37,605 nucleotides of DNA from Octopus bimaculoides (taxonomy: Eukaryota), in assembly GCF_001194135.2 (NCBI RefSeq), contig NC_068986.1, forward strand, positions 22,418,508-22,456,112, read 5' to 3'. Positions 23,058-34,160 of the stretch are shown here, one piece after another. Each line of letters begins with the position of its first letter. The stretch's first letter is position 1. The notes below the pieces were generated by a model. That model ran no database searches. It was not told where the DNA came from and was given only the letters and a program-made list of their open reading frames with translations. A program made the position numbers and the translations under genes.

Positions 23058-23420
23058 CTTACTTGTTTCAGTCATTAGACTGTGGCTATGCTGGGGCATT
23101 GCCTCAAAGAAATTTTTGTTTAGTCGAATGAATCAACCCCAGTACTTATTATCTTTTAAGCCTGGTATTTATTCTATCAGTTCGTTTTTGCTGAACCACT
23201 AAGTTACGGGGATTTAAACACACCAACACTAGTTGTCAAGCGATGGCGGGGACAAACACAAAGACACACATGCACATACATGACAGGTTTCTTTCAGTTG
23301 ACGGGTTTAGTTGGCCCAAGGTTATAGTAGAAGACATTTGCTCAGGATACCATGTGATGGAACTGAACCCAGAACCATGTGGTTGGGAAGCAAACGTCTT
23401 ACTGCACAGCCATGCCTACA
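23058..23420 (-). mobile_element. Family A SINE
   Basis: Reverse complement of 384-780, preceded by a (TTTA)n-like tail. Confidence 0.8.
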
Positions 23421-23577
23421 TTTTTTTCATAGTCAGGATACACGATTTGATGTGTTTCTTTTCACCCTGTTCTTGGAAATAGGGGTACCTGATTTTGAAA
23501 TGTTAAGGATGATTGACTGGTATTCTCACCAAAGAAAATCATCCACTTAATATAATTAAACTTGAGCTACGAACACG

Positions 23578-23945
23578 CATGGTTGTGTGGTTAAGAAGCT
23601 CACTTGTAGCCATGTGGTTTTAGGTTCAGTCCCATAGCATGGCATCTTGGGCAAGTGTCATCTGTTATAGCCCCAAGCTAATGAATGCTCCAATGCCTTA
23701 TAAGTGAATTTGGTCGGGGAAATTGTGTAAAATCCCACATGTATGTGTGTTTTTGTCCCCAATCCCTTGACACTGATATTGGTTTGTTTATGTCCTTATA
23801 ACCTAGCATTTCAGCAAAAGGAACTGATAGAATAAGTATCAAGACTTAATAAATAAATAAGTACTGGGGTTGATTTGTTCTACTAAATGCATTAAGGTGA
23901 CAGTCCAGCATGACCACAGTCTAATGAATAATAAGTAAAAGATTA
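23578..23945 (+). mobile_element. Family A SINE, diverged
   Basis: Head GGTTGTGTGGTTAAGAAG...GGTTCAGTCCC, tail AAGTAAAAGA. Confidence 0.75.
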
Positions 23946-24098
23946 AGGAGAGATATGCAGTTACTTCATGGATGTTGTAGGAAATAATTCCCCATTTGCT
24001 TCTTTTGTTTTAATATATTTTTGGATTGTATCTTTTGCAATTAAAAATCCTTTCTAATACTGTCATTAGAGTGACGATATAACCTTTTAATTTTTCAC

Positions 24099-24136
24099 CT
24101 GATATTTTCAGTTTCCATGAGATTACCATGGGATAA
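24099..24136 (-). CDS. Candidate 38-nt exon (phase 0-2)
   Basis: ACTATACAG|...ATCAG|GTGAAA; LSHGNLMETENI; weak pyrimidine tract. Confidence 0.2.
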
Positions 24137-24154
24137 CTGTATAGTTATACTATC

Positions 24155-24580
24155 CAGGGCCGGATTAAGACCCATTGAGGCCCTAAGCACTTAAAAGATT
24201 TCGGTGTCCCCCAAAAAGATTATGTAATTCAAAATATAAACAGTAACAAACCATAAAATAAATTTTTATTTTTCAAAACGAAACAAAAAAGTGAGAGGGA
24301 AAATAAGGTTTATTTTTGTATATATCCACTTTATTTATATTTGAAAAGTTTCCTCCTACTTTCTTGAATTGCAAAGTCTTTGATCGGATCCTCAAAATTA
24401 ATCTTAGGTAACACATCTGCATCTATACTTAGTAGAGATAAAGGCATCCTGAATATTGTTTTGGCAAGTTTAAAGTGATTTCTTTTGTGCCGTAAACCAT
24501 TTACCATTTCTGTGGTGCCCCCTCCTTCCCTTGATGCCCTAAGCATGTGCTTATTTTGCTTAATGGTTAATCCAGCACTG
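24155..24580 (-). mobile_element. Non-autonomous hAT (Tip100-like) element
   Basis: TIRs CAGGGCCGGATTAA / TTAATCCAGCACTG; degenerate 8-bp TSD ATACTATC / ATTCTGTC (6 of 8). Confidence 0.8.
24331..24445 (-). pseudogene. hAT transposase C-terminal (dimerisation region) fragment
   Basis: LSLLSIDADVLPKINFEDPIKDFAIQESRRKLF resembles the hAT C-terminal LALLSIE...FEDIIDDFA..KARR pattern. Confidence 0.75.
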
Positions 24581-25224
24581 ATTCTGTCCCATAGAGAAAC
24601 ACATAAACACTGCAGTTCATTTTTGTAGTTGGAAATCCTTCTTAACACTAGTGACTTCAATATAAAGCAAGAGTTTTATCTGTCTCGGTTTCATTGATGA
24701 AATCTAGCAAATTAAGTGGTTTCTCTGAGTTATAAATACAGTAATAAAGAATTTCTTAGACCTCTTTTTTTTGTTGTTTTCAAGTCTTAATTCAAATTAT
24801 TTAGCTTTAGAAGTAGTTAATAGGAAACAATTGAAACCGTTTAGAGACTTGATAACAGGAAATGGTGAAGTGAAAGATGACACATATACAAGTGGACATG
24901 ACTATCAACAAACAATTTTATTTTCATACTTAGGGGAAGTTCTACTTCAAGTAATTATGAAATACAAACAAACAACAAGTTTGCAGAATATTGTTAGACA
25001 TTTTTATAGACAAATCTGTGTGTGTGTGTCTCCACACGCACTGAGAATTGTGGAGTTTATATAAAGTAACTCTTGTTCTATATGCATTGACATTATCTGG
25101 CTCAGCTTTTCCCTTTTATGCCTCTGTGTAATCCTTTCTGCTTTATATCCTTCTTTACCTCTTTTTCAACTTCTTTCTCTTTTATTCTTTCTCTTTCTAT
25201 CTTATTTCTTTATTGCCCTGAAGG

Positions 25225-25436
25225 GGATAAACATAGAGGAGACAAAAAAGGACAGACAAAGAGATTAAGTTGATTACATCGACCCAGTGTGTAACTGGTA
25301 CTTAATTTATCGACCCTGAAAGGATGAAAGGTAAAGTCGACCTTGGCAGAATTTGAACTCAGAATGTAACGGCAGACGAAATACCGCTAAACATTTAGCT
25401 TGGCGTGCTAACGCTTCCGCCAGCTCGCCACCCTAA
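25225..25436 (-). mobile_element. Family C tRNA-derived SINE
   Basis: Minus-strand head GGCGAGCTGGCGGAAGCG...GAGTTCAAATTC; core CTTTCATCCTTTCAGGGTCGATAAATTAAGTACC. Confidence 0.75.
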
Positions 25437-25700
25437 TTTCTTTTTCTATCTTACTAAGCACCATAAACTTAGCATTTGTATCAATAACAATACGAGAAAA
25501 TTTTGAATTGCAAACTCTCTCTCTCTCTCTCTCTATCTCTGTTTACCTCTTGCATATACACATACAATAGCCCATCCACAACACTATGTCATACCAAAAT
25601 TTTATTCTTACTCAACCTCCTTTATCATTGATACAATAGCCATCACATTTTTGAACTTATTGACTTTATATAACATCCTCAAATTAACAAATTCTCTTAA

Positions 25701-25918
25701 CCCCTTTGTTATCACATTTCTGTTGAGATGCTCTGTGCTTCAATTCATTTTAAATATAACAAAGAATTTAGTAAAATAACTTAGTTATCATTCAGCTAAT
25801 GTTAGGAACATAAATTGTGACTAAAGTTTGGTGGAAAATTTTAATTCAGAACTTTTGAAAACAAGACATTTGTACTACAGAGCCAGAGGCAGTTTCAAGC
25901 AGGTTGGTATCAAAAGAG
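25701..25918. mobile_element. piggyBac-type MITE
   Basis: TTAA on both flanks; imperfect TIRs CCCCTTTGTTATCA / TGGTATCAAAAGAG. Confidence 0.55.
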
Positions 25919-25940
25919 TTAAACTCACATTCTAATAATA

Positions 25941-25990
25941 CTAATAATGTATTTGTTGTATACAGTGCTCAGCTGCACTGTCACTTCATC
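25941..25990 (-). mobile_element. CR1-like 3' UTR remnant
   Basis: TTGTATACAGTGCTCAGCTGCACT matches the 3' ends at about 11220, 33190 and 33685. Confidence 0.5.
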
Positions 25991-28369
25991 TTGTATCACC
26001 CACCAGATCCCATAGTAACCATGTTTCTCTATTCTTCTCTAGAATATTGCTCTTAGGAACTCCCTCCCAGTCTATATTTTCCCAACCAGGCACAATCTGC
26101 ATTAATCCTGTTTAATATTTTCTGTACCATACTGTCTGTGTAATAAGGGATGGCATCTACTATCAGTCATTACCATTACCCACCAAATCATTCTACCTCT
26201 CCTCTCTTCCATCATGATACCTGTGTAGCAAGAAATGACACAGGATCTGCCCACATTCCGTATGAACCCCACTCCGGTTACAACTTTGTTGCTATCCATC
26301 ATTCTCTCCCTTCCCATTGTGAATCTTTGTTGACATCTATCACTGTACCAACAGAATTTCTGTTGCTATCTACCACTGATGCATGACATCTCTATTGTTA
26401 TTCTGTCAAGTTGCTTATGCTGGTTTTCTTTTTAACCTCCTATCAGTTACCACCACCTGACTTCTTCTCCTTTTCCCTCCCCCACTCTCCTAACATCCCT
26501 TCCCTCCCTATCACTGATAATCATACTCTCTCGTTTTCACACTCTTGATCGTTATTCCCTTTCTATTCACATTCTCGATTACTTTCACTTTGAAAAGGAT
26601 TGAGATTATGAAGAGTACAGAAGACTACTTGGTCTTGCAGGAAGCAGAGCAATCTCACTGATGTTGGTACTTCAAAACATGCAACCTGTACTCTGTAAAG
26701 TGGCTGGTGCTTGATTGAAGACAATGTAGGGTAGAGAAGACTCTTTAGTCACACAAATGACCGAACAGCCTCTTTAGTGCTGGTGCCATGATAAGATACA
26801 CCCAGTATACCCTGTAAAGTGTTTGCTGTAAGGTTGGGCATCAAGCTCTTCCTCAGAAACTATACCCTAAATAAAATGTATAAGCAAAATGCAGCTCTCT
26901 GAGTGGGCAGTAACTCCAGATAAAAATTAACTTGGACAGAGATGAGCATAGAAAACAGACATTAGTGATAATTATAATGATGAATTGAATTTGGACATGA
27001 GCACCACTAATCTCACTCAGCTATTTTTATCCTTTAGTCTAAGGGAGCCTACAGTGTTTAGTATACTTCTCTATATCCTTTTGGTAAGGAATGAATGTTA
27101 ACAAAGTGAGTTGTGCAGTCTCATTAGGAGATTTGAGTACATATTGTAGGATGATCTTGTGTGAGTCACTTTCAAGAGTGGAGCAGTGTCAATTGTCTGT
27201 TTAAACAGCAAATGACGATCAGTACTGTATAAATTACATATGTATCATTAGCTCATCATATCAGACTTACATTAGATTGTTACATTTTTGTGTTACATGA
27301 GAAAAATTTTCAGCTGAACAGTCTTAATATCTATTACAAGATGTAAGAGCCAACAAGGGAGTCTCTGAAGGTGGGATATGAATTTGGCTGCTAGAATTAG
27401 TAGCCAAATTTAACCTCATATCATACCCTACCATCTTTGAAAAAAATGAAGGACCATACAGAATAATTTAGTCATAAATATGTCTGGGGAAAATGGTCAT
27501 GGCTGGAATACCCTAGGGTTAAACAGTGACTACATGTTGGCTTTCTTTCTTCAACTGCAGAGATGAATATATTACAAGTTGTTGACATTAATACTAGATG
27601 CTAGTTTTTGGAGCATAGATATTAAGGTTTATCCTAGGTCTATCTGTTGAAATACTAGAAAAGACATCATCTTCAAACAAATGATCTGGCCTTTTGATCC
27701 TTTACTGTTAGGTGGGCCCTTGAGTTGTTACATATTTATGTTATCCAAAAAATGGAATGGTTAAACATTTCAGTTTTGGAACTACCTTTTTTAGTTGAAA
27801 ATCCTTCTGAACACTAATAACTTAGAATAAGAATGGTTTCAGCAGAATAAACTGTGTTTGCCACAGCAAATAGAGAAATAGAGGATTTCTAGAACACATG
27901 ATACTTTTTTTTTTTTTTTTTTGCTTAAACTGGAGTTGTTTTGATTTATGGTAACATTCAAGAGGGAGGAAGCAACTTAAGTCAAGAATATGTCAATTAG
28001 AGTCGGAAATCCTCATTTTCATAGTAGATTCTAATCTTGGAGTTTTTGTTCCTAGACAAATTTATACTAGCCAATAGAGGAAAATATGATGCCTAAAAAG
28101 TAATTCTGTGTATTGTTACTGTCTGCCACGATAAATAGTAAACATTCAAAATTAAAAACTGAGACAGAAGACATTAAATATCATATTTGATGGCTTACAA
28201 GGCACACTTTTTTTTTTTACCAAATAGAAATCCTAGAAAATCAGTTTACATCTGATAAACTCAAGATCAGGATTTAGGTTGCTAGTACATGGTGGTTTAA
28301 GAAAGGACCTGCCAAAATTAATTTGTGTCTTATAATGCTGTGTGCCTTATTTTGTTTCCATTTTGAGAG

Positions 28370-28525
28370 AATTATGTAATCAAGAAGCTTTTTGCCCCAC
28401 CATGAGGTTTTGGGATCAGTCTCACTGTTTGACAATTTGAACAAGTGTCTTCTACTATAGCCCTGGACCAAACAAAGTCTTGCGAGTGGATTTAGTTGAT
28501 GGCAACTGAAAGAAGCATATCATGT
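28370..28525 (+). mobile_element. Family A SINE head, degenerate
   Basis: AACAAGTGTCTTCTACTATAGCCC...GAGTGGATTT. Confidence 0.65.
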
Positions 28526-28589
28526 GTTAATATATATCACATGATCATGTGATTGACCAAACTTCTGGATGTTGTTTTACATTGCTGAT

Positions 28590-28980
28590 CACAATGCGCT
28601 TTGCATTATTTCAGTTTTCGAATGATGCCACCGCACTGGCTGGGCAAGTGGGCCAACATTCCCCTAGGTAGAAGGCTAGTCCATTGCAGGGTTACTAATT
28701 TACAGCTAGGTAGACTGGAGCAACATGAAAGAAGTGCTTTGCTCAAAAACACAATGGTGTAGCCAGTTTGTCTGGGCATCAAAACCACAATCATGAGTGC
28801 AACACACCTAACCTCTCGGTCAAGTGCCTTGCTTGGCATTAGGAAAGGCCTCCAGTCATAGAAATCATACAACAACGGACAGTTAGAGTCTGGACAGCTC
28901 TGTACTAGCTAGCTCCATGTTAAACCATCCAGCCCATGCCAGTATGGAAAGCATACATTAAATGATAATGATGATGATAC
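28590..28980. mobile_element. Family D-like SINE fragment fused to a family B 3' fragment
   Basis: GACTGGAGCAACATGAAAGAAGTGC core, then TTGGCATTAGGAAAGGC...(ATG)n. Confidence 0.55.
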
Positions 28981-29294
28981 ACACACACACACATCCGTGT
29001 GTGTGTTTGTTTCTCCTTGTCTTGGCATCATGTGATAGATATAAGCTTGCTCATCATCATACAAGTGGTGTTCTATCTTTTCAGTTTTACATTAAACATG
29101 TTCAACCATTGGAGAACTATTTCCTTGCTTGGAAACAGGTAAATGTAGATAACAGGACAGACATTTAGCCTTAGAAGATCTACCTCAACAAATTCCATCT
29201 GATCTATGCAAGCTTGGTAAAGTGGAAATTTGAATTGATGTATACTTGTGTGCTGGAGGTACACAGCTAAATTACTTCCTTGATATAATAATTT

Positions 29295-29770
29295 TAATAA
29301 TAATAATAATAATTGTAATAATCCTTTCTACTATAGGCACAAGGCCTGAAATTTGGGGTAGTGGGATAGTCAATTACATCAACCCCAGTGCTCATTTGGT
29401 ACTTATTTCATCAACCCCAAAAGGATGAAAGGCACAATCGACCTCAAAACAATTTGAACTCACAAAGTAAGATGAATGAAATGCCACTTAGTATTTTATC
29501 TGGTGTGCTAATGGTTCTATCAGCCCACCACCTTAATAATAATAATAATAATAATAATAAATCCTTTCTTCTATAGGTACAAGGCCTGAAATTTTGGGGG
29601 AGGGGACAAATCAATTACATCGACCCCAGTGTTTCACTGGTACTTAATTTATCGACCTTGAAAGGATGAAAGGCAAAGTCGACTCGGCGGAATTTGAGCT
29701 CAGAACGTAGAGACAGACGAAATACCACTAAGCATTCAGTCCAGCATGCTAACGATTCTGCCAGCTCGCT
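29295..29770 (-). mobile_element. Two tandem family C SINEs with (ATT)n tails
   Basis: Copies at about 29295-29535 and 29535-29770 share AGGCCTGAAATTT...GAAAGGATGAAAGGC. Confidence 0.8.
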
Positions 29771-29784
29771 TATATAATACTTAC

Positions 29785-29820
29785 GTATAATAGAACACTT
29801 ATTGTGTCCCTGTCGGTCAT
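29785..29820 (-). CDS. Candidate first coding exon (MTDRDTISVLLY)
   Basis: GGCATGACC start, exactly 12 codons, then GTAAGT donor; lies at the edge of a CpG-enriched unique region. Confidence 0.35.
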
Positions 29821-30460
29821 GCCGTAGGCAAAGAATAGTAAAACAACAGACGAAGTGGGAGTGGGTGACAGTGAGAGATGCTAAAGCAGGTGGATAACGT
29901 TTAAAGGCTTTGCTCCGAAGATGCTAGGGAAAACAAATGGAGTGCAGTGAGTGACACTTAGAGGTGGCTAAGTGTAGTGAGCTCTGAATCCACCAGTATT
30001 TTAATAAAAATGAAATTAGATTTTTCATCGTAAATTATATTTATCAATTTCACACGCACCCACAAATAGGCATATATGTTAAAATCGATAAAATGATTTC
30101 ATCGATCTAAAAAATGTAAACAAATATATGTGTGTGGACACACATTTATATATGCCCACACGCATATATATATGCACATGCATAGATGTAGATACATAGG
30201 TATGCGTATGTATGGGTATATCTATATAAACACATACACACACACACACACACAAACTTAACACAAATTCGGTGTGTGTTGCATTCCATTACTTGATAAA
30301 TGAAAAGCATATATAAACAAACGACAAAATGTCTACTGAATGTTGAAAATAAGCGTGAAACAAACAGAAAGTCCATAATTTTTCATCAGTTATCGACCAG
30401 TGGTACTTTTCCAGTTTCGCACCTTTAACGACAAGACTGAATGCTTCCGAATTGGTGGTT
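29821..30460 (-). promoter_or_regulatory. CpG-enriched unique region, possible 5' UTR/promoter
   Basis: About 19 CpG by hand count in 29780-30460, visibly more than in other unique segments; CGGAAG ETS-like motif on the minus strand near 30447. Confidence 0.3.
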
Positions 30461-30462
30461 TT

Positions 30463-30712
30463 ATTCTTTTATTCTTTTACTTGTTTCAGTCATTTGACTG
30501 CGGCCATACTGGAGCGCCGCCTTTAGTCGCATCAAATCGACCCCAGGACTTATTCTTTGTAAGCCTAGTACTTATTCTATCTGTTGCTTTTGCCAAACAG
30601 CTAAGTTACGGGGACCTAAACACACCAGCATCGGTTGTCAAGCGATGTTGGGTGGACAAACACAGATACACAACATATACACACGCATACATACATACAT
30701 ACATACATACAC

Positions 30713-30765
<53 letters not shown>

Positions 30766-30945
30766 TACACATAGATACATATATACGACGTCTTCTTTCA
30801 GTTTCTGTCCACCAAATCCACTCACAAGGCTTTGGTTGGCCCCAGGCTTTAGTAGAAGACACTTGCCCAAGGTGCCACGCAGTGGGACTGAACCCGGAAC
30901 CATGTGGTTGGTAAGCACACTTACCACACAGCCACTCCTACGCCT
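30463..30945 (-). mobile_element. Family A SINE, full length, apparently young
   Basis: CpGs retained; internal (CATA)n and (TA)n. Confidence 0.9.
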
Positions 30946-31384
30946 GTGTGCCTGCAAAAAAAAAAAAAAAAAGCTGTTTCAAGAAAGGCATGAAGCTTAA
31001 TGGGGTCATAGCTTGTAAGGGATTGTAGTTCATTTCTGATTTATTTGCCTTTTTATCAACTACTGCCTGTTTGGAATGAAGGGCAAGAGTGAGTTGACAG
31101 CTCATGGCTAGGTATGGTCATAAATATTGTCAAGACATTAGGAGTAGTAAATTGGGTGTAAAGTAACTGTCTATAAAGGAAGTTGGGTAGGGGAAGACAC
31201 TAAATCATGTTGTTAATTATCAGTTAAAGGGGCAAGACGCTAATAAAACCTATGATGTTAATACAGAGGAAATTTTATCATGGGGTACTATGGGTGATTG
31301 TTCATAAACAATATTGCTATGTTGTATAAAGATAAAATTTAAGATTTTCAAAAATTATATCATAATCAAAATAGGTAAAATGTG

Positions 31385-31423
<39 letters not shown>

Positions 31424-32382
31424 CAATTTTCAACATTAAAAAGGAAAGATTACAAAGAATCAGTTTAATATTCATTCATGTACTTAATTATTTACTTATT
31501 AGGTGGTTTGTATAAAGACTGATCTGGGCATTTACTTATGGAGTACTGTAAACATGCTATATATATATTAATTATAAGCCAAGAATCAGAAAAAATAAAG
31601 ATGTGTACAGATACACACACATATTTATCTATATGCACACATACACAAATATTTATACGTTTATATGGATATAGTATAACCGTCTCGCATAGACTTAAGT
31701 AACTAAAAAGTATCTATATATGAACAGGAAAGATAACAATTTATAAGGGTTAAGAGATTAATTGGTTATGCACATATATGCATATATACACATATACAAA
31801 TATTTAATGCTTTTGTATGGATATAGTTAACAATCTCACATAGACCTAGTCGCTGAAAAATTTATGAACAGTAACAACTTTAAGGGATAAATTTGAGGTA
31901 GGGAAGAAATAAGGGTAACCCTAAAAGAAGAGGTAGTAGGTAAGGGAGTAGTGAGGGCAGTTGGAGGTATTCCAAATGAAGAGATTTTATAAGTTACAAT
32001 GTTACAGGTACTATTACATATATGATTTTATAGATTCTAATGGGTATATAATTAGGAGACTTACTTACATAAAAGCCATTACAAATATACCTAATATGAT
32101 CAGTAGGGTAGAACATCATAGAAAAGAACAAATAGTTTAATCACAAAATCATGATGAAGTCAGTCAGACTAATTAGGCAGGAGTTTTCATGGGATAGTAA
32201 TTACATATAACACACCACATACCATAACATATAGCTTATAATGTATGCAATGCAATTTAATTCACTGTATAACTCAATATCCCATGATTTTATTATATAT
32301 AATACTAGAGGGTAAATTTACAACAGATATGACACCAAAATTAATTTCCACTATCAGAGTCCAAGTATGGCATGTATAATCG

Positions 32383-32620
32383 CTAATTTCGAAAATACTT
32401 AAATGTACAGGTGACGGTATGTATGCATGATACCCTTAGGTCTAATTTATTATTAATCAGGTTGTTCATGTCCTTATACTTAAAAATCTCATAAGTTTCC
32501 ATAAAGCACAGCCCACATCCGTATTGACTGTCTCTATAAGGCTGCGCTTTCCGGATTATATTCCATTTAAAGCTAAATTCGATCCTGCTTTCCTTCAGTT
32601 CCCAAATCTTGCTAGATGAG
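32383..32620 (-). pseudogene. Penelope-like element GIY-YIG endonuclease C-terminal fragment
   Basis: SKIWELKESRIEFSFKWNIIRKAQPYRDSQYGCGLCFMETYEIFKYKDMNNLINNKLDLRVSCIH fits the PLE pattern IWELK...W.I...A.PY...C.LC..E...I...LLNKR.EL...C.H. Confidence 0.8.
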
Positions 32621-33289
32621 GATGTACACGAAGCCAATTGGCTTCGTGTTTGAGTCATATATATTATATAATTTACTATTTTATATATATAAAGTATATA
32701 TATTGTATATGTGTCTACCTATCTATCTATCTATATATAAATGTATGGTTGTGCGATAGAGATTATGATATATATATATACACGACGGGCTTCTTTCAGT
32801 TTCTGTCTACCAAATCGACACACGGTCTGAGGCTATACTTCATGGCATATATATGTAAATATATACATATATATATATGTGTGTGTGTGTGTATGTATAC
32901 ATGTATGCTTATATGTATTTATATGTACATTTATATATATATATACATATAAGCATACATACATACACATATATACATACACACAAACATACATTATGTG
33001 GGTGATTACAATCGTATTTGATTCTTCAAGTACTTCAATTCTGTGTATGTACATATATTTACTAGATTGCTGACATTTATTAGTGCTTTTCCTCATTGTG
33101 TTGATGTGCTATTTTCTATCATAAATTAAACTGTCAACATTTTTGCTGACATTGGTATGCTAGTAGTAATAATTATAATAATCGTTTTGTTGTATACAGT
33201 GCTCTGGTGCACTACAACTCATCAGAAAAAGTTAAAAGAGGAGACATAGGGCAGGAAGACAGCAATTAAGTTAATGAAAATTTGGGTAA

Positions 33290-33443
33290 AAGGGCTAGTT
33301 GATTACATCACACCCCCAATATTTGACTGGTACTTATTCTAACAACCCCGATAGGATGAAAGACAAAGTTGACCTTGACGTAATTTGAACTCAGAATGTA
33401 AAGACAGATGAAATGCCACTAAGCATTTTATCTGGCATGCCAA
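33290..33443 (-). mobile_element. Family C SINE, degenerate
   Basis: GGATGAAAGACAAAGTTGACC...TTTGAACTCAGAATGTAAAGACAG. Confidence 0.7.
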
Positions 33444-33494
33444 CAACAGCAGCAGCAGCAGTAGCAGCAGCAGCAACAACAACAACAACAACAG
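33440..33494. repeat. (CAG)n/(CAA)n microsatellite
   Basis: Direct inspection. Confidence 0.95.
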
Positions 33495-33633
33495 AAAACA
33501 GCACTGCTTGGAACCGCTCGAATACTCCAGATGGTGCTTGAAAAATAAGGGGTGTTACCTTAGTTTACTGGTAGTGAACAGCTGACACCGTAGTACATCT
33601 CCAGCGTTAGAAAAGACAATGTAATAATAATAA
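33492..33633 (+). mobile_element. R4/Dong-like (REL endonuclease) LINE 3' end
   Basis: QKTALLGTARILQMVLEK* (stop 33546-33548) matches the conserved QKxALLGTAxILRxVL C-terminus; short 3' UTR then (AAT)n. Confidence 0.65.
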
Positions 33634-33659
33634 TGAGTTTATTGTATACAGCAAAGACA

Positions 33660-34160
33660 ATGTAATAATAATAATAATGAGTTTATTGTATACAGCACTC
33701 AGGTGCATTACAACTTGTCAGTCACAATTAAAAGATGGGTTAGAATGCAAACATATAAGTCAAGTAAAGAAAGACAATAATGAAGGCTAGAAGTACATGC
33801 ACAGTTCACAGAAAAATAGAGAAAAATGAATAGTTTAGGAACCGTAATGAAGGAGTGCATAGGTACATCAGGAGTAGTATTAACAAATTTCAGGAAGTGT
33901 GGAATTTTTTGAAGGATGCAGTGTCCTGATGGCTAACAGTGAACACAGGTAGTTTATTCCATGCTTCGACAATTCTGAGTGTAAAAACATGTTTCTGAAA
34001 GTCATGGGTGCTGTTCTGTATTTTGATTTTATAAACCTGTCCACAGCTGATAGAGATATTATTGTTGTTATTGGAAAGATGATGGATAATCTTGTCGGTT
34101 TCTACCAAGTCAGCTGTTATATGTGCAATAATTGTGTGTTTTATGCTGTTGGGGATGATA
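33660..34160 (-). mobile_element. CR1-like LINE 3' fragment
   Basis: ADLVETDKIIHH...CGQVYKIKIQNSTHDFQKHVFTLRIVEAWNKLP...HQDTASFK; 3' UTR homologous to 11210-11260. Confidence 0.75.

Noticed and set aside
24771-25064. 97-aa plus ORF
   Set aside because: No ATG start, no recognised homology, runs into a (GT)n tract.
26102-26386. Overlapping ORFs on both strands
   Set aside because: Pyrimidine-rich sequence with no motif; likely ancient repeat debris.
33440-33494. PolyQ-like tract
   Set aside because: Sits between a SINE and a LINE 3' end with no exon boundaries.
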